A DNA stretch of 17,296 nucleotides from an uncultured delta proteobacterium (GTDB lineage: Bacteria > Desulfobacterota > Desulfuromonadia > Geobacterales > Geobacteraceae), in assembly GCA_963780945.1 (NCBI GenBank), contig CAWAFF010000021.1, forward strand, positions 1 to 17,296, given 5' to 3'. The notes beneath the pieces were generated by a model. That model made no database searches and had not been told where the DNA came from. It was given only the letters and a program-made list of their open reading frames with translations. A program made the translations under genes and the position numbers. Positions 1-8,343 of this stretch are shown in pieces (the first letter of the stretch is position 1; every line of letters starts with the position of its first letter).

Positions 1-115
1 TCGGGAAAGCGTCTGTGTCAAAGTGAAGGGGGTAGGGGCGGGGGATGCCGGCGGGATGAAGCCAGCTTCTAGCTAGTGTCAGACTCTACAGGACCGCCTG
101 ACAATTCTCAAAGCT

Positions 116-150
116 TCGATGATAACATTTATCATCGAGGCTTTTTTATT
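116..150 (+). terminator. Rho-independent terminator candidate: perfect 10-bp inverted repeat with a 3-nt loop, followed by GGC and a T6 run
   Basis: Positions 116-138 read tcgatgataa-cat-ttatcatcga (perfect palindrome), followed by ggc and tttttt at 142-147. It lies upstream of the first gene and presumably terminates a gene left of the window. Confidence 0.4.
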
Positions 151-394
151 AAAACATTACAGTTGCCGCTTTGAAAAAAGCCATTAAAGTCATTAGCCTC
201 AGCCCAGTACTGCAGTGACACCTAACTCACGTACAACAGCCCCCAATTTAGATTCTTTTTTTAATTAACAATTGAATTACTCAGTTTTATCCTGTAGGAA
301 TGAAATCCATCTTGAATGGTAGCCCCGGTGGGGTGTTCTTTCAGGGTGTCGCCTTTGGACCAGAGATCAATTACGTGTAAAGGAGCAAAAACAG

Positions 395-1258
395 ATGAAG
401 AGAGTCATATTGAGCTTGCTGCTGGTACTGATTGCGTGCACATGGGCATCTGGGGAGTCGTCGGTATGGAAGGCGCAAAAGGGTAATTCCCTTATCTACC
501 TTGGCGGCACATGTCATATTCTGCGTGCGACTGATTATCCGCTGCCACCAGAGTTTGACCAAGCCTACAAGGCCTCCCAGATGGTAGTCTTTGAAACCGA
601 TATCGGCATGCTCCAGGATGCGTCACTGCAACAGAAGTTACTGACAAAGGCGATGTATACCAATGGAAGCACCGTCGAGAAACATTTGTCCCCAAAGGTA
701 TATGGCGAGCTGAGCACCTTTTGTGAAGCAAATGGCATTCCCTTGAAGGTGCTCAGCCAGTTCAAGCCGGCCATGATAATGCTGACGCTGACGGTCATTG
801 AGCTTAAGAAATTGGGTGTCACCGAAGAAGGTGTGGACCAGTTTTTCTATGGGTTGGCAAATGCAGACAAAAAACCCATTGAAGGACTTGAGACGGTTGA
901 TGAGCAAATCGATTACATGGCCACCATGGCAGATGGCAATGAAGATGAATTTGTCAGTTATTCCATCAAGGATATGAAGACCATTGAGAAGCAATTTGAT
1001 AGCCTTGCAACTGCCTGGCGCAAGGGTGACGCCAAGAAATTGAATGAGTTAATGGTCACTGATCTCAAATCACGGCAGCCAAAACTCTACAAGAAATTGA
1101 TCACTGATCGTAACAGAAATTGGTTGCCCTTGATCGATGCCTATCAAAAGACGCCCCAGACTGAGTTAATTCTGCAGTTGGTGTCGGCCAATCTAGTGGG
1201 ACCCGACGGATTAATCGAATCTCTAAAGAAGAAAGGGTATAAGGTCGATAAGCTATAG
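395..1258 (+). CDS. TraB/GumN family protein with N-terminal signal peptide (possible lipoprotein, LIAC lipobox)
   Basis: 287-aa ORF with an AGGAG RBS about 10 nt upstream of ATG 395. The N-terminus MKRVILSLLLVLIACTW looks like a signal peptide or lipobox. The rest resembles the TraB/GumN/PrgY fold family (GTCHIL motif near the N-terminus, about 280 aa). Family call is by recalled similarity, not by a search. Confidence 0.7.
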   Translation: MKRVILSLLLVLIACTWASGESSVWKAQKGNSLIYLGGTCHILRATDYPLPPEFDQAYKASQMVVFETDIGMLQDASLQQKLLTKAMYTNGSTVEKHLSPKVYGELSTFCEANGIPLKVLSQFKPAMIMLTLTVIELKKLGVTEEGVDQFFYGLANADKKPIEGLETVDEQIDYMATMADGNEDEFVSYSIKDMKTIEKQFDSLATAWRKGDAKKLNELMVTDLKSRQPKLYKKLITDRNRNWLPLIDAYQKTPQTELILQLVSANLVGPDGLIESLKKKGYKVDKL

Positions 1259-1358
1259 GTAGCGTTTACCTGTGAAAGTTTCTGCTGCACATCCTTGATA
1301 TTCAAAAGAGAATCCGATTCATGATGGATGAATCCAATATATTAAGGACAATATCACT

Positions 1359-1936
1359 ATGGACAGGGTCAACGTCTTTTTTTGGACTATCATCAGCCTA
1401 CTGTTATCGGCATCGGTTTTCTATGGTTTGAATGCCGAAAAGCAACGTCAGTTAATGCATCACGGTGGCGGAAGCCTGCAGACCGGTGACATTGTAAGGC
1501 TTGAAAAAGTTTTAGATGGCGACACGGTTCTTGTAGCTGAAGATGGCGAGACTCCTTCGACAATAAGAATACTGGGGATTAAAGCGTTTGAGGCAAAGGT
1601 CGAAGAGATGCTGCCGCTCCGTTTGGTAAAGCCGCCATTAACGTCATTACTAGAGATTTATCTGGACGCCCTCTTCGCGTAATGCTGCATAATCCTCCTA
1701 AAGATGCTCGGGGCAGATTCCTTGCAACGCTTTATGTCAATGACAACGATATGGCGCTTCATTTAATCAGAGAAGGGCTTGTTCTCGTATATTCCGTTTA
1801 TCCATTCCCGGCAATGCCTATTTATCTTCAGGAACAAGAACTTGCACGGGCTAAACGAAAAGGGATCTGGGCTAATTCGGAAGTAAAAACACGTGCCATA
1901 GCTTTGATAAAAAGCTGGCAAGAGCAGACGCAATGA
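1359..1936 (+). pseudogene. Thermonuclease (SNase-like) family nuclease with N-terminal TM/signal anchor, interrupted by a 1-nt frameshift (or sequencing error) in an A-run near 1596-1600
   Basis: ORF 1359-1682 (107 aa) carries the SNase N-terminal motifs (GDTV..., ...IRILGIKAFE). ORF 1682-1936 (84 aa) carries the SNase C-terminal half (RGRFLATLYVNDNDMALHLIREGLVLVY...KRKGIWAN). Extending the second frame upstream gives GRRDAAAPFGKAAINVITRDLSGRPLRV, which joins cleanly to ...GIKAFEAK if one A is restored in gcaaagg (1593-1599). Confidence 0.65.
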
Positions 1937-2976
1937 TTGTCCAACTGCTTCTTTTCTTCAAAAAAGCCATGGGTAGGAACCCATCCGCACCGTTAAGGAT
2001 CTTTTTACTTCTCTTGGCGGTGCTCGCCTATGGAACCACCGGATTTCTTTATTTCGAACTGCCGCAAAATCCCGATCTAAGCTGGGCAGACGGCCTTTGG
2101 TACACGGTGGTGACAATGACCACCGTCGGCTATGGAGACTTCTTTCCGAAGACATTTCCAGGACGATTTCTTGTCGGTTGGCCGATCATGTTTTTCGGCA
2201 TCGGCCTGCTCGGGTATGTACTGTCTATTTTTGCTGCAGCTCTGGTCACCGCAAAAACAAAGGAGTTGAAAGGTATGACCTCTTTTCCCTTTAAAAATCA
2301 TCTTTTGATTTTCAACTTCCCGGGAATCGCGAAAATAGAGCGGGTGCTCGAAGAACTCGCCATTGACCCCTCTTTCGAAAAAGAGACGCGTGTGATCCTG
2401 ATTGATGAAGATCTTGCTGAACTTCCTCCCGAGTTGCTCAAATTGAACATCCATTTTGTAAGGGGAAATCCGGCCCGTGACGAGACGCTTCAAAGGGCTT
2501 CCATAGATCAGGCGAGTCATGCTGTAGTTCTTAGCAAGGATCCAGGCAATACAGCTTCGGACAACCTGAATGTATCCATTACGCTTGCAGTTGAGGGGCG
2601 TACCCGTAAGGTAAACACGGTGGTGGAATGCATAGATCCGGCGACGGAAGAACTTCTGCGCAAGGCAGGCTGCGACAGGATCGTCTGCACCTCCCGCTTT
2701 GGAGCACATTTTCTCAGTCAGGAGCTTCTCAATCCGGGAATTCAAGAGGTGATAGATGATCTTTTGAGCTCGAAGAAGGGGCAGCAGATCTATTTTATTC
2801 CCCTGGCGACAGCAACGACTTTTGAGGATGTAACGAAGATATGCACAGAACGCGGCCATATTGCATTGGGGTGCTATAGTGCCGATGGAATCCAGCTTAA
2901 TCCTTCTCCTGGTTTTGCGGTAAATGCTGGGGACAAAGTCATCACCATCGGGGCAGTACGCATAAAACAGCTTTGA
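1933..2976 (+). CDS. Potassium channel protein: 2-TM pore domain (selectivity filter TVGYGD) fused to a C-terminal RCK/TrkA-N-like regulatory domain
   Basis: 347-aa ORF containing TVVTMTTVGYGDFFP with a hydrophobic helix on each side, then a roughly 200-aa cytoplasmic domain with RCK-like layout. The start ATG at 1933 overlaps the stop of the nuclease ORF (ATGA). An alternative start is ATG 1970. Confidence 0.8.
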   Translation: MIVQLLLFFKKAMGRNPSAPLRIFLLLLAVLAYGTTGFLYFELPQNPDLSWADGLWYTVVTMTTVGYGDFFPKTFPGRFLVGWPIMFFGIGLLGYVLSIFAAALVTAKTKELKGMTSFPFKNHLLIFNFPGIAKIERVLEELAIDPSFEKETRVILIDEDLAELPPELLKLNIHFVRGNPARDETLQRASIDQASHAVVLSKDPGNTASDNLNVSITLAVEGRTRKVNTVVECIDPATEELLRKAGCDRIVCTSRFGAHFLSQELLNPGIQEVIDDLLSSKKGQQIYFIPLATATTFEDVTKICTERGHIALGCYSADGIQLNPSPGFAVNAGDKVITIGAVRIKQL

Positions 2977-3004
2977 TTTCAAAAAGTTGGAGATCGGAGG
3001 ATTC

Positions 3005-3319
3005 ATGAAACGAAGGAGCAGCCTCAATATTTCCCTCGCCCTTATGGGAACGCTCGCTCTTACCGCATGCCAGAAAGAGAAGCGGAATGTTTATAAGTCA
3101 AAGGAAGACTGCCAGCAGGATTGGGGAAGTGCGCAAAGTTGCGAAGAGGTAACCGGCAATAACAGCCACTATGGAGGCCAGTATTATACAAGGGGTTACT
3201 ACTACGGCCCTAGATACAGCGGGTCGGATGGGGGTGCAGGGATGCATTCCACCCGGTCAGTTGCTGTAGCACGGGGTGGATTTGGCGGTTTTGGAGGATT
3301 CCATGGTGGGGGCAGCTAG
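3005..3319 (+). CDS. DUF1190 family lipoprotein (E. coli YgiB/YjfM-like), Gly/Tyr-rich C-terminus
   Basis: GGAGG RBS at 2996-3000, ATG at 3005. MKRRSSLNISLALMGTLALTAC gives a lipobox (LTAC). The Tyr/Gly-rich tail (YYTRGYYYGPRYSG...GGFGGFGGFHGGGS) and the position immediately upstream of a GspS-like gene match the ygiB-ygiC / yjfM-yjfC arrangement. Confidence 0.7.
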   Translation: MKRRSSLNISLALMGTLALTACQKEKRNVYKSKEDCQQDWGSAQSCEEVTGNNSHYGGQYYTRGYYYGPRYSGSDGGAGMHSTRSVAVARGGFGGFGGFHGGGS

Positions 3320-3321
3320 TC

Positions 3322-4455
3322 ATGGAAAGGCACACGATTTCACCACGGCCTGACTGGCAACAAAAAGTAGAAGAGGTGGGCATGGATTACCATACCATCG
3401 ATGGCACGGTCTATTGGGATGAATCTGCATATTACAGCTTCACCGACACTGAAATTGACCGGCTGGAGCTAGTGACTGACCAACTGCACAAACTATGCAT
3501 CAAGGCAGTTGAACATGTCATTAAGCACAATTTGTTCCCTGCGCTAAGAATCCCTGGAGAGTTTACTGAGCTCATTATCCGCTCGTGGGAGATGGACGAG
3601 CCTGCGCTGTACGGACGTTTTGACCTCGTCTACGATGGCGAGAATGATCCCAAGCTACTTGAATATAATGCGGATACACCGACAGCCCTGTTTGAAGCCA
3701 GCGTTGTCCAATGGTTCTGGTTGAAAGATCGCTTCCCCGAGGCCGACCAGTTCAATTCGATCCATGAGAAACTAATGGAGTTTTGGAAAAACTGGCCACA
3801 CATTGAACTGGCCATGGTGCATTTCGCGTCGGTGCGGGAAAATCCGGAGGATCTCGGCAATATTGAATACATACGCGATACCGCCATGCAATCTGGGCTC
3901 GACACCGCCTGGGTTGCCATGGAGGATATCGGCTGGGCACCCTCTCTGGGTAAACTTGTCGATCTTGAGGAGCGGCCAATTCATTCTCTGTTCAAGTTAT
4001 ATCCATGGGAATGGATGATTCGCGAGGATTTCGGTCGACACCTGAAGCATGCGGCCTCAAGGTTAATCGAACCTGCCTGGAAAATGATCCTGAGCAACAA
4101 GGGTATTCTTCCCATTCTGTGGGAACTGTTTGAGGGGCATCCGAACCTTCTGCCGGCGTATTTTGAGCACGACCGGCTGAAAGGGGAATATGTGCAGAAA
4201 CCCATCTACTCGCGGGAAGGGGGCAATGTCACAATCGTGCGGGGGAGCGGCTCGATCACCTCCCCAGGCACCTACGGCGCAGAAGGATATATATACCAGC
4301 AGTATTGCGGGCTTCCTCTTTTCGACGGCAATTATCCGGTCATCGGAGCATGGGTAATCAATAACACATCTGCAGGGATCGGAATCCGGGAAGATACCAC
4401 TGAAATCACAACCAACGGCAGCAGATTTATTCCACATATATTTACGGAGGGCTAA
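3322..4455 (+). CDS. Glutathionylspermidine synthase-like ATP-grasp protein (YgiC/YjfC family; synthetase domain only, no amidase)
   Basis: 377 aa. The N-terminus MERHTISPRPDWQQKVEEVGMDYHTIDGTVYWDESAYY... closely resembles the YgiC/YjfC N-terminus (MER..I..RPDW..K..E.GF.FHT..G.PYW.E.AYY), and the length matches. The product is therefore a GspS pre-ATP-grasp plus ATP-grasp ligase of unknown substrate. Confidence 0.85.
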   Translation: MERHTISPRPDWQQKVEEVGMDYHTIDGTVYWDESAYYSFTDTEIDRLELVTDQLHKLCIKAVEHVIKHNLFPALRIPGEFTELIIRSWEMDEPALYGRFDLVYDGENDPKLLEYNADTPTALFEASVVQWFWLKDRFPEADQFNSIHEKLMEFWKNWPHIELAMVHFASVRENPEDLGNIEYIRDTAMQSGLDTAWVAMEDIGWAPSLGKLVDLEERPIHSLFKLYPWEWMIREDFGRHLKHAASRLIEPAWKMILSNKGILPILWELFEGHPNLLPAYFEHDRLKGEYVQKPIYSREGGNVTIVRGSGSITSPGTYGAEGYIYQQYCGLPLFDGNYPVIGAWVINNTSAGIGIREDTTEITTNGSRFIPHIFTEG

Positions 4456-4457
4456 CG

Positions 4458-4871
4458 ATGTCATCAGATATTATTGAATCAGTTTCAGGTCTGTTGGGTT
4501 TTTTCATTTATTTCAGCACGGCAGTGGGCCTGCTGGCTGTGTTTTGCGCGTTGTATGTTAGAATAACCCCTTATCCTGAATACAAGCTGATTAAAGAAGG
4601 GAATACCGCACCTGCTATTAGCTTTGGCGGCGCGATTCTAGGCTTCGTCATTCCCATGGCAAGCGCCATTGCCCACAGCGTAAGTTTCATCGACATGCTC
4701 ATCTGGGGGTTCATAGCCTTTGTCGTGCAGATCATGGTCTTTTTCCTCGTCAGGCTTCTCTTTTCCACGCTGGCTCATGATATCGAAAAGGACAAAATCT
4801 CAGCAGGAATCATGCTGGGCGTATTTGCCGTGGCAGCCGGCATTCTTAACGCAGCAAGCATGACATACTGA
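4458..4871 (+). CDS. DUF350 family inner-membrane protein (YjfL-like), 4 TM
   Basis: 137 aa, starting 3 nt after the GspS-like stop with GGAGGG upstream. There are four hydrophobic segments. Size and context (next to DUF1190 and GspS-like genes) match the yjfL-type DUF350. Confidence 0.7.
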   Translation: MSSDIIESVSGLLGFFIYFSTAVGLLAVFCALYVRITPYPEYKLIKEGNTAPAISFGGAILGFVIPMASAIAHSVSFIDMLIWGFIAFVVQIMVFFLVRLLFSTLAHDIEKDKISAGIMLGVFAVAAGILNAASMTY

Positions 4872-5056
4872 AGGGAGGAGACGGGGTAAGGCACTACCTT
4901 TCCGAACATCAGCGGAAGTTTCGGTTTCCGCCGCTTTGGTCGAGCAGCCATCGCCATGCCGGAGCAATGTTTTAATAGTATTAAATATCGATTTTTTAGT
5001 GTTATAAGGTAGCAGTCTGGGGATAGCGAAAACATTCAATCTAGCGGAGGGACGTT

Positions 5057-5665
5057 GTGGGAAAATTTTTGTTTATGCCGATGGTTCTGCAGCAGTTGGC
5101 CCAGGAAAAATTCTTAAGGAAGATTTGCGCCATAGCCTTGCGGCTACTGGCAGTCGTTGCGGTCTTTGCCGGGCTTACAGGTTTTGTAAAAATTTGGAAT
5201 TACACCGTCAATCAACAGGGAAGCGAGATCCCCGGCTGCGTCATTTTTATCCTGGCGTTTGCAGTGGCGGTGTATATGGTGGTGCATTCCCTGCTGATCC
5301 GCGCCGGGCAGTTGCTGGAACTGCCGGAAACCCAGTTTGGCATGGTCTCCATCGCCTCTATTTTTCTCAGGCTCGGCGGCGAGCTCTATGTCAGCGTCTC
5401 TCTCCCGATTGCCATCGGCGGCGGCATTTTCATCTGGTTCGGCCGTGAGGACGCGAAGGATTTCATCACAAGCGTAGTCCCCATGGTGAAGAGTTTCGGC
5501 GACGGGACCTTTCTCGGCGGAATCGAGTTCATGCTGGGTGGGGTTTTCTATGCATTGTTCGTACTGCTCCTTTCCTATCTCCTGTCAGAGCTCCTTGAGA
5601 TCGTGCTCAAACTCGCCGGGTGCTACAAAGCCATTATACAGCACGATGAAACAGAGACGGAATAG
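5057..5665 (+). CDS. Hypothetical integral membrane protein (about 4 TM), GTG start
   Basis: 202-aa ORF with GGAGGG 6 nt upstream of GTG 5057. It has several long hydrophobic stretches and no recognisable catalytic motifs. The out-of-frame ORF 5125-5448 is Arg-rich antisense-type noise. Confidence 0.5.
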   Translation: MGKFLFMPMVLQQLAQEKFLRKICAIALRLLAVVAVFAGLTGFVKIWNYTVNQQGSEIPGCVIFILAFAVAVYMVVHSLLIRAGQLLELPETQFGMVSIASIFLRLGGELYVSVSLPIAIGGGIFIWFGREDAKDFITSVVPMVKSFGDGTFLGGIEFMLGGVFYALFVLLLSYLLSELLEIVLKLAGCYKAIIQHDETETE

Positions 5666-5671
5666 GAGATA

Positions 5672-5692
5672 GGAAAGGGACAGCCCCTTTCC
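5672..5692. terminator. Hairpin between convergent genes (ggaaaggg-acagc-ccctttcc), a possible bidirectional terminator
   Basis: A perfect 8-bp inverted repeat sits in the 28-nt gap between the stop of the membrane-protein gene (5665, + strand) and the stop of rtcB (5694, - strand). There is no strong U-run on either side. Confidence 0.3.
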
Positions 5693-5693
5693 C

Positions 5694-7088
5694 TTAATCT
5701 TCCGATTCTCCACCCGGGGCCATTTTCACCAACTTGGGATGAAAGGTGGCCACGATCTCCACCAAATCGCTTTGAGCTGCCATGACGGCCTCAATGTCCT
5801 TGTATGCCATGGGTACCTCGTCCAGCCCACCGGAGATAAGAGTAACGCCCCTTTGCTCCAGAAATCTGGAGGCCTCAGCCCAGCTGCATTTGGTTTTGGC
5901 CGCTGTCCTGCTCATTTTCCGTCCTGCACCGTGAGACGCGGAGTTTAGGGAAGCAGCCTCACCTTTGCCACGCACCACATATCCCGGTGTTCCCATGGAC
6001 CCGGGTATTACGCCGAGAACTCCTTTTCCGGCAGGTGTAGCACCCTTGCGGTGGACCACCACATCTTCCTCCTGATGCACTTCTTTCCAGGCGAAATTAT
6101 GGTGGTTCTCCACGTCAAGCAGCACTCTCGAGCCCAGGTTTTTAGCAATAGCGCGATGGATAAGCTCATGGTTGGCTGAAGAGTAGAGTCCCATAAGCTC
6201 CATGGCCTGCCAGTATTCCTGGCCTTCTTCGCTTTCCAGGTCTAGCCAGGCCAGGTTCTGCAATTCCTTAGGCAGCTCCGGATGCCGTCTCTGTGCTGCT
6301 TTACTGTAATGTTGGGCGACAGCGTTTCCACTGCCGCGGCTGCCGCTGTGGCTGAGAAGCGCAAGGTAGGTGCCCGCAGCAAGTCCAAGGTCGGCGCTTT
6401 CCAAGACGAGCTCGCCGAACTCGACAAAATGATTGCCGCTACCGCTGGTCCCCAATTGGCTCCAGGCTTTGTCTTTGAGTGAATGGGTCGTTTTGGTGAC
6501 ACCCCAGTCTGCGTCCATGACCGCATGTTCCCTTCGGGCACGGAAGCTTGCTCCAACACCGAACCGGGTTTCCTCCTGGATGGCCCGCTTTAGATTTCCT
6601 TGCTGCTCAGTAATTGCCGAAGCGGGGAGATCAAGGACTGTAATTTTCATCCGGCAGGCTATATCCATTCCCACTGCATATGGTATTACCACCCCCCTGG
6701 TGGCAAGTACACCTCCAATGGGAAGACCGTAACCTTGATGGGCGTCCGGCATTAAAGCGCCGGCCATGGACACGGGGAGTCTGCAGGCGTTTTCCATCTG
6801 TGCTATAGCTGTGGGCTCAAGTCCTTCCCCCCATTGACGATAGGGAGCGGGCTCTTTTCTGCCCCGGAAGTTTGCCTGGTCCAGGTGTACCGCCTGCAAA
6901 GAGGCGGCAAAGACTCCAAAATGAGGGTCTGCAGTGTAGTTGACCGGGTTTTCGGAGAGGGCTGTGATGACGGCGCGAATCTGCTCTTTACCGACTCCTG
7001 CCTCTGCAGCTGCGGCTATGGTTGCCTGCGCCTCTCTCATGATCTCCCCGCGTGGGATTCCTAAATTTTGTAGCTCTCGTGCTTTCAT
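5694..7088 (-). CDS. rtcB: RNA-splicing ligase RtcB (3'-phosphate/5'-OH RNA ligase)
   Basis: RtcB hallmarks are present: metal-binding His clusters, GSMGTPGYVV, ...HHNFAWKE..., and the C-terminal SHGAGR motif. The start is set at ATG 7088, which is preceded by a strong RBS (AAGGAGAGG, 3-nt spacer). The ORF-track start at 7208 has no RBS and would overlap rtcA by 35 nt. Confidence 0.9.
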   Translation of the reverse strand: MKARELQNLGIPRGEIMREAQATIAAAAEAGVGKEQIRAVITALSENPVNYTADPHFGVFAASLQAVHLDQANFRGRKEPAPYRQWGEGLEPTAIAQMENACRLPVSMAGALMPDAHQGYGLPIGGVLATRGVVIPYAVGMDIACRMKITVLDLPASAITEQQGNLKRAIQEETRFGVGASFRARREHAVMDADWGVTKTTHSLKDKAWSQLGTSGSGNHFVEFGELVLESADLGLAAGTYLALLSHSGSRGSGNAVAQHYSKAAQRRHPELPKELQNLAWLDLESEEGQEYWQAMELMGLYSSANHELIHRAIAKNLGSRVLLDVENHHNFAWKEVHQEEDVVVHRKGATPAGKGVLGVIPGSMGTPGYVVRGKGEAASLNSASHGAGRKMSRTAAKTKCSWAEASRFLEQRGVTLISGGLDEVPMAYKDIEAVMAAQSDLVEIVATFHPKLVKMAPGGESED

Positions 7089-7173
7089 AATCCTCTCCTT
7101 AAACGGTTCCCTGGGCACTTGCCCCGGCACCGCCGCCTCTCCCTGAACAGCAGAAGAGGCGGCATGAATAAAT

Positions 7174-8199
7174 TCAACGTTGTTGTTCCACCCGTATTTC
7201 CCAGTCATTCCGGTTAAGCTGCAACATGGTCACTTCCACGGGTAGAAACTTTCGCAGTATCTCCACATTGGTGGTCATGTGACGGGTGGGGGCGAGGGTG
7301 CGGAAGCTTCCGCCTTTGGCCAGAGCCATCGGCAAGAGCAGTTGGTCGGCCAGGTAGCTGCCCACCGGAACGTTGGCGGCTAGATACTCTTCGACCTCTT
7401 TAATGGTCTCCCGTGCCACCTTCTCGGCACTAACACCCATTTCACCGAAACCGGTGAACACTTCGGTGATGAATTCACTCTCTATCTGGACAGTGAGGGC
7501 GTTTCCTGGTCCGGGAGAGGAGGCTGCTTCCTCTATGATCAATGAATCCTCATCCCATCCAAGCCTCTCCTGCACCACCTTCAATTCGCGTTCCGCAATC
7601 TGTTTGGGAAGTCTCGCCACCATGGCACGTGCCGTCCTGTTAAGGATAGGCCCCCGGTCTGGCAAGTCGAGTCGTACCAGTTGTGAAACCGGTTCAATTG
7701 ATATGGTGAATGCGCCCCCTCCAGCCGGATAAAAGCCCGGCCGCAGCAAAGTGGCGGAAACCTTTGGTCCCATGCGGTTAACAAGGGGGAGAAAGGCCTG
7801 CTCCAGAAAGTCGAAGGGGGGCGCATATGGGTTGTGGGTTCCACCTTCCAGCAACAGTTCCGAGGTGCTCTCGGTGGTTAGCAGAGCCGGCAACACCGTT
7901 TGCAAGACAAGGGTACAGCTGCCTGCGGTTCCGATGGCAAAGTGATATCTTCCCCCGGTGACCTTTCCTGGGACAAAGTGAAGGTTTTGCGACCCAATGG
8001 AGGCTCCCTCAACACTGGCACCGCTGATGGACGCTGCAGCGTTGACTGCTGTCAAATGCTGACGCATCAAACCCGGCTTCTTTCGCCCGGCGCGAATTTT
8101 CTCCATGCGAAACGGCTGGCCCGTCACAAGGGACAGGGCAAGGGATGTACGGAGAATTTGACCTCCGCCTTCGCCAAGTGAACCATCGATAACAATCAT
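7174..8199 (-). CDS. rtcA: RNA 3'-terminal phosphate cyclase RtcA
   Basis: 341 aa. N-terminus MIVIDGSLGEGGGQILRTSLALS is the RtcA signature. GAGGAGG RBS lies 5 nt upstream of ATG 8199. Confidence 0.9.
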   Translation of the reverse strand: MIVIDGSLGEGGGQILRTSLALSLVTGQPFRMEKIRAGRKKPGLMRQHLTAVNAAASISGASVEGASIGSQNLHFVPGKVTGGRYHFAIGTAGSCTLVLQTVLPALLTTESTSELLLEGGTHNPYAPPFDFLEQAFLPLVNRMGPKVSATLLRPGFYPAGGGAFTISIEPVSQLVRLDLPDRGPILNRTARAMVARLPKQIAERELKVVQERLGWDEDSLIIEEAASSPGPGNALTVQIESEFITEVFTGFGEMGVSAEKVARETIKEVEEYLAANVPVGSYLADQLLLPMALAKGGSFRTLAPTRHMTTNVEILRKFLPVEVTMLQLNRNDWEIRVEQQR

Positions 8200-8343
8200 C
8201 TCTTCCTCCTCAGGGCTTTGAAAAACTACTGCTGGGCCGATCTGCCATGTTGCCGCTCACTTGAGCCTTGCATATCGGCCTCTTTAGGCCCTATGGGTCC
8301 TCATCTCGTTTTTCAATACCCTGTTATTATTCAAATTCTTTTT

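Noticed and set aside
1590-1602. Programmed ribosomal frameshift in the nuclease gene
   Set aside because: There is no slippery heptamer or downstream stimulatory structure. The lesion is a simple A-run length change, and an identical lesion type occurs in the unrelated GGDEF gene. Indel or sequencing error is more parsimonious.
2077-3027. 316-aa minus-strand ORF antisense to the K+ channel gene
   Set aside because: The plus-strand reading contains an unambiguous TVGYGD pore plus RCK domain. The antisense ORF is Arg/Cys-rich with no motifs and no RBS. It is a typical shadow ORF.
5125-5448. 107-aa +2-frame ORF inside the membrane-protein gene
   Set aside because: An Arg/Cys-rich alternative frame of a hydrophobic gene, with no independent support.
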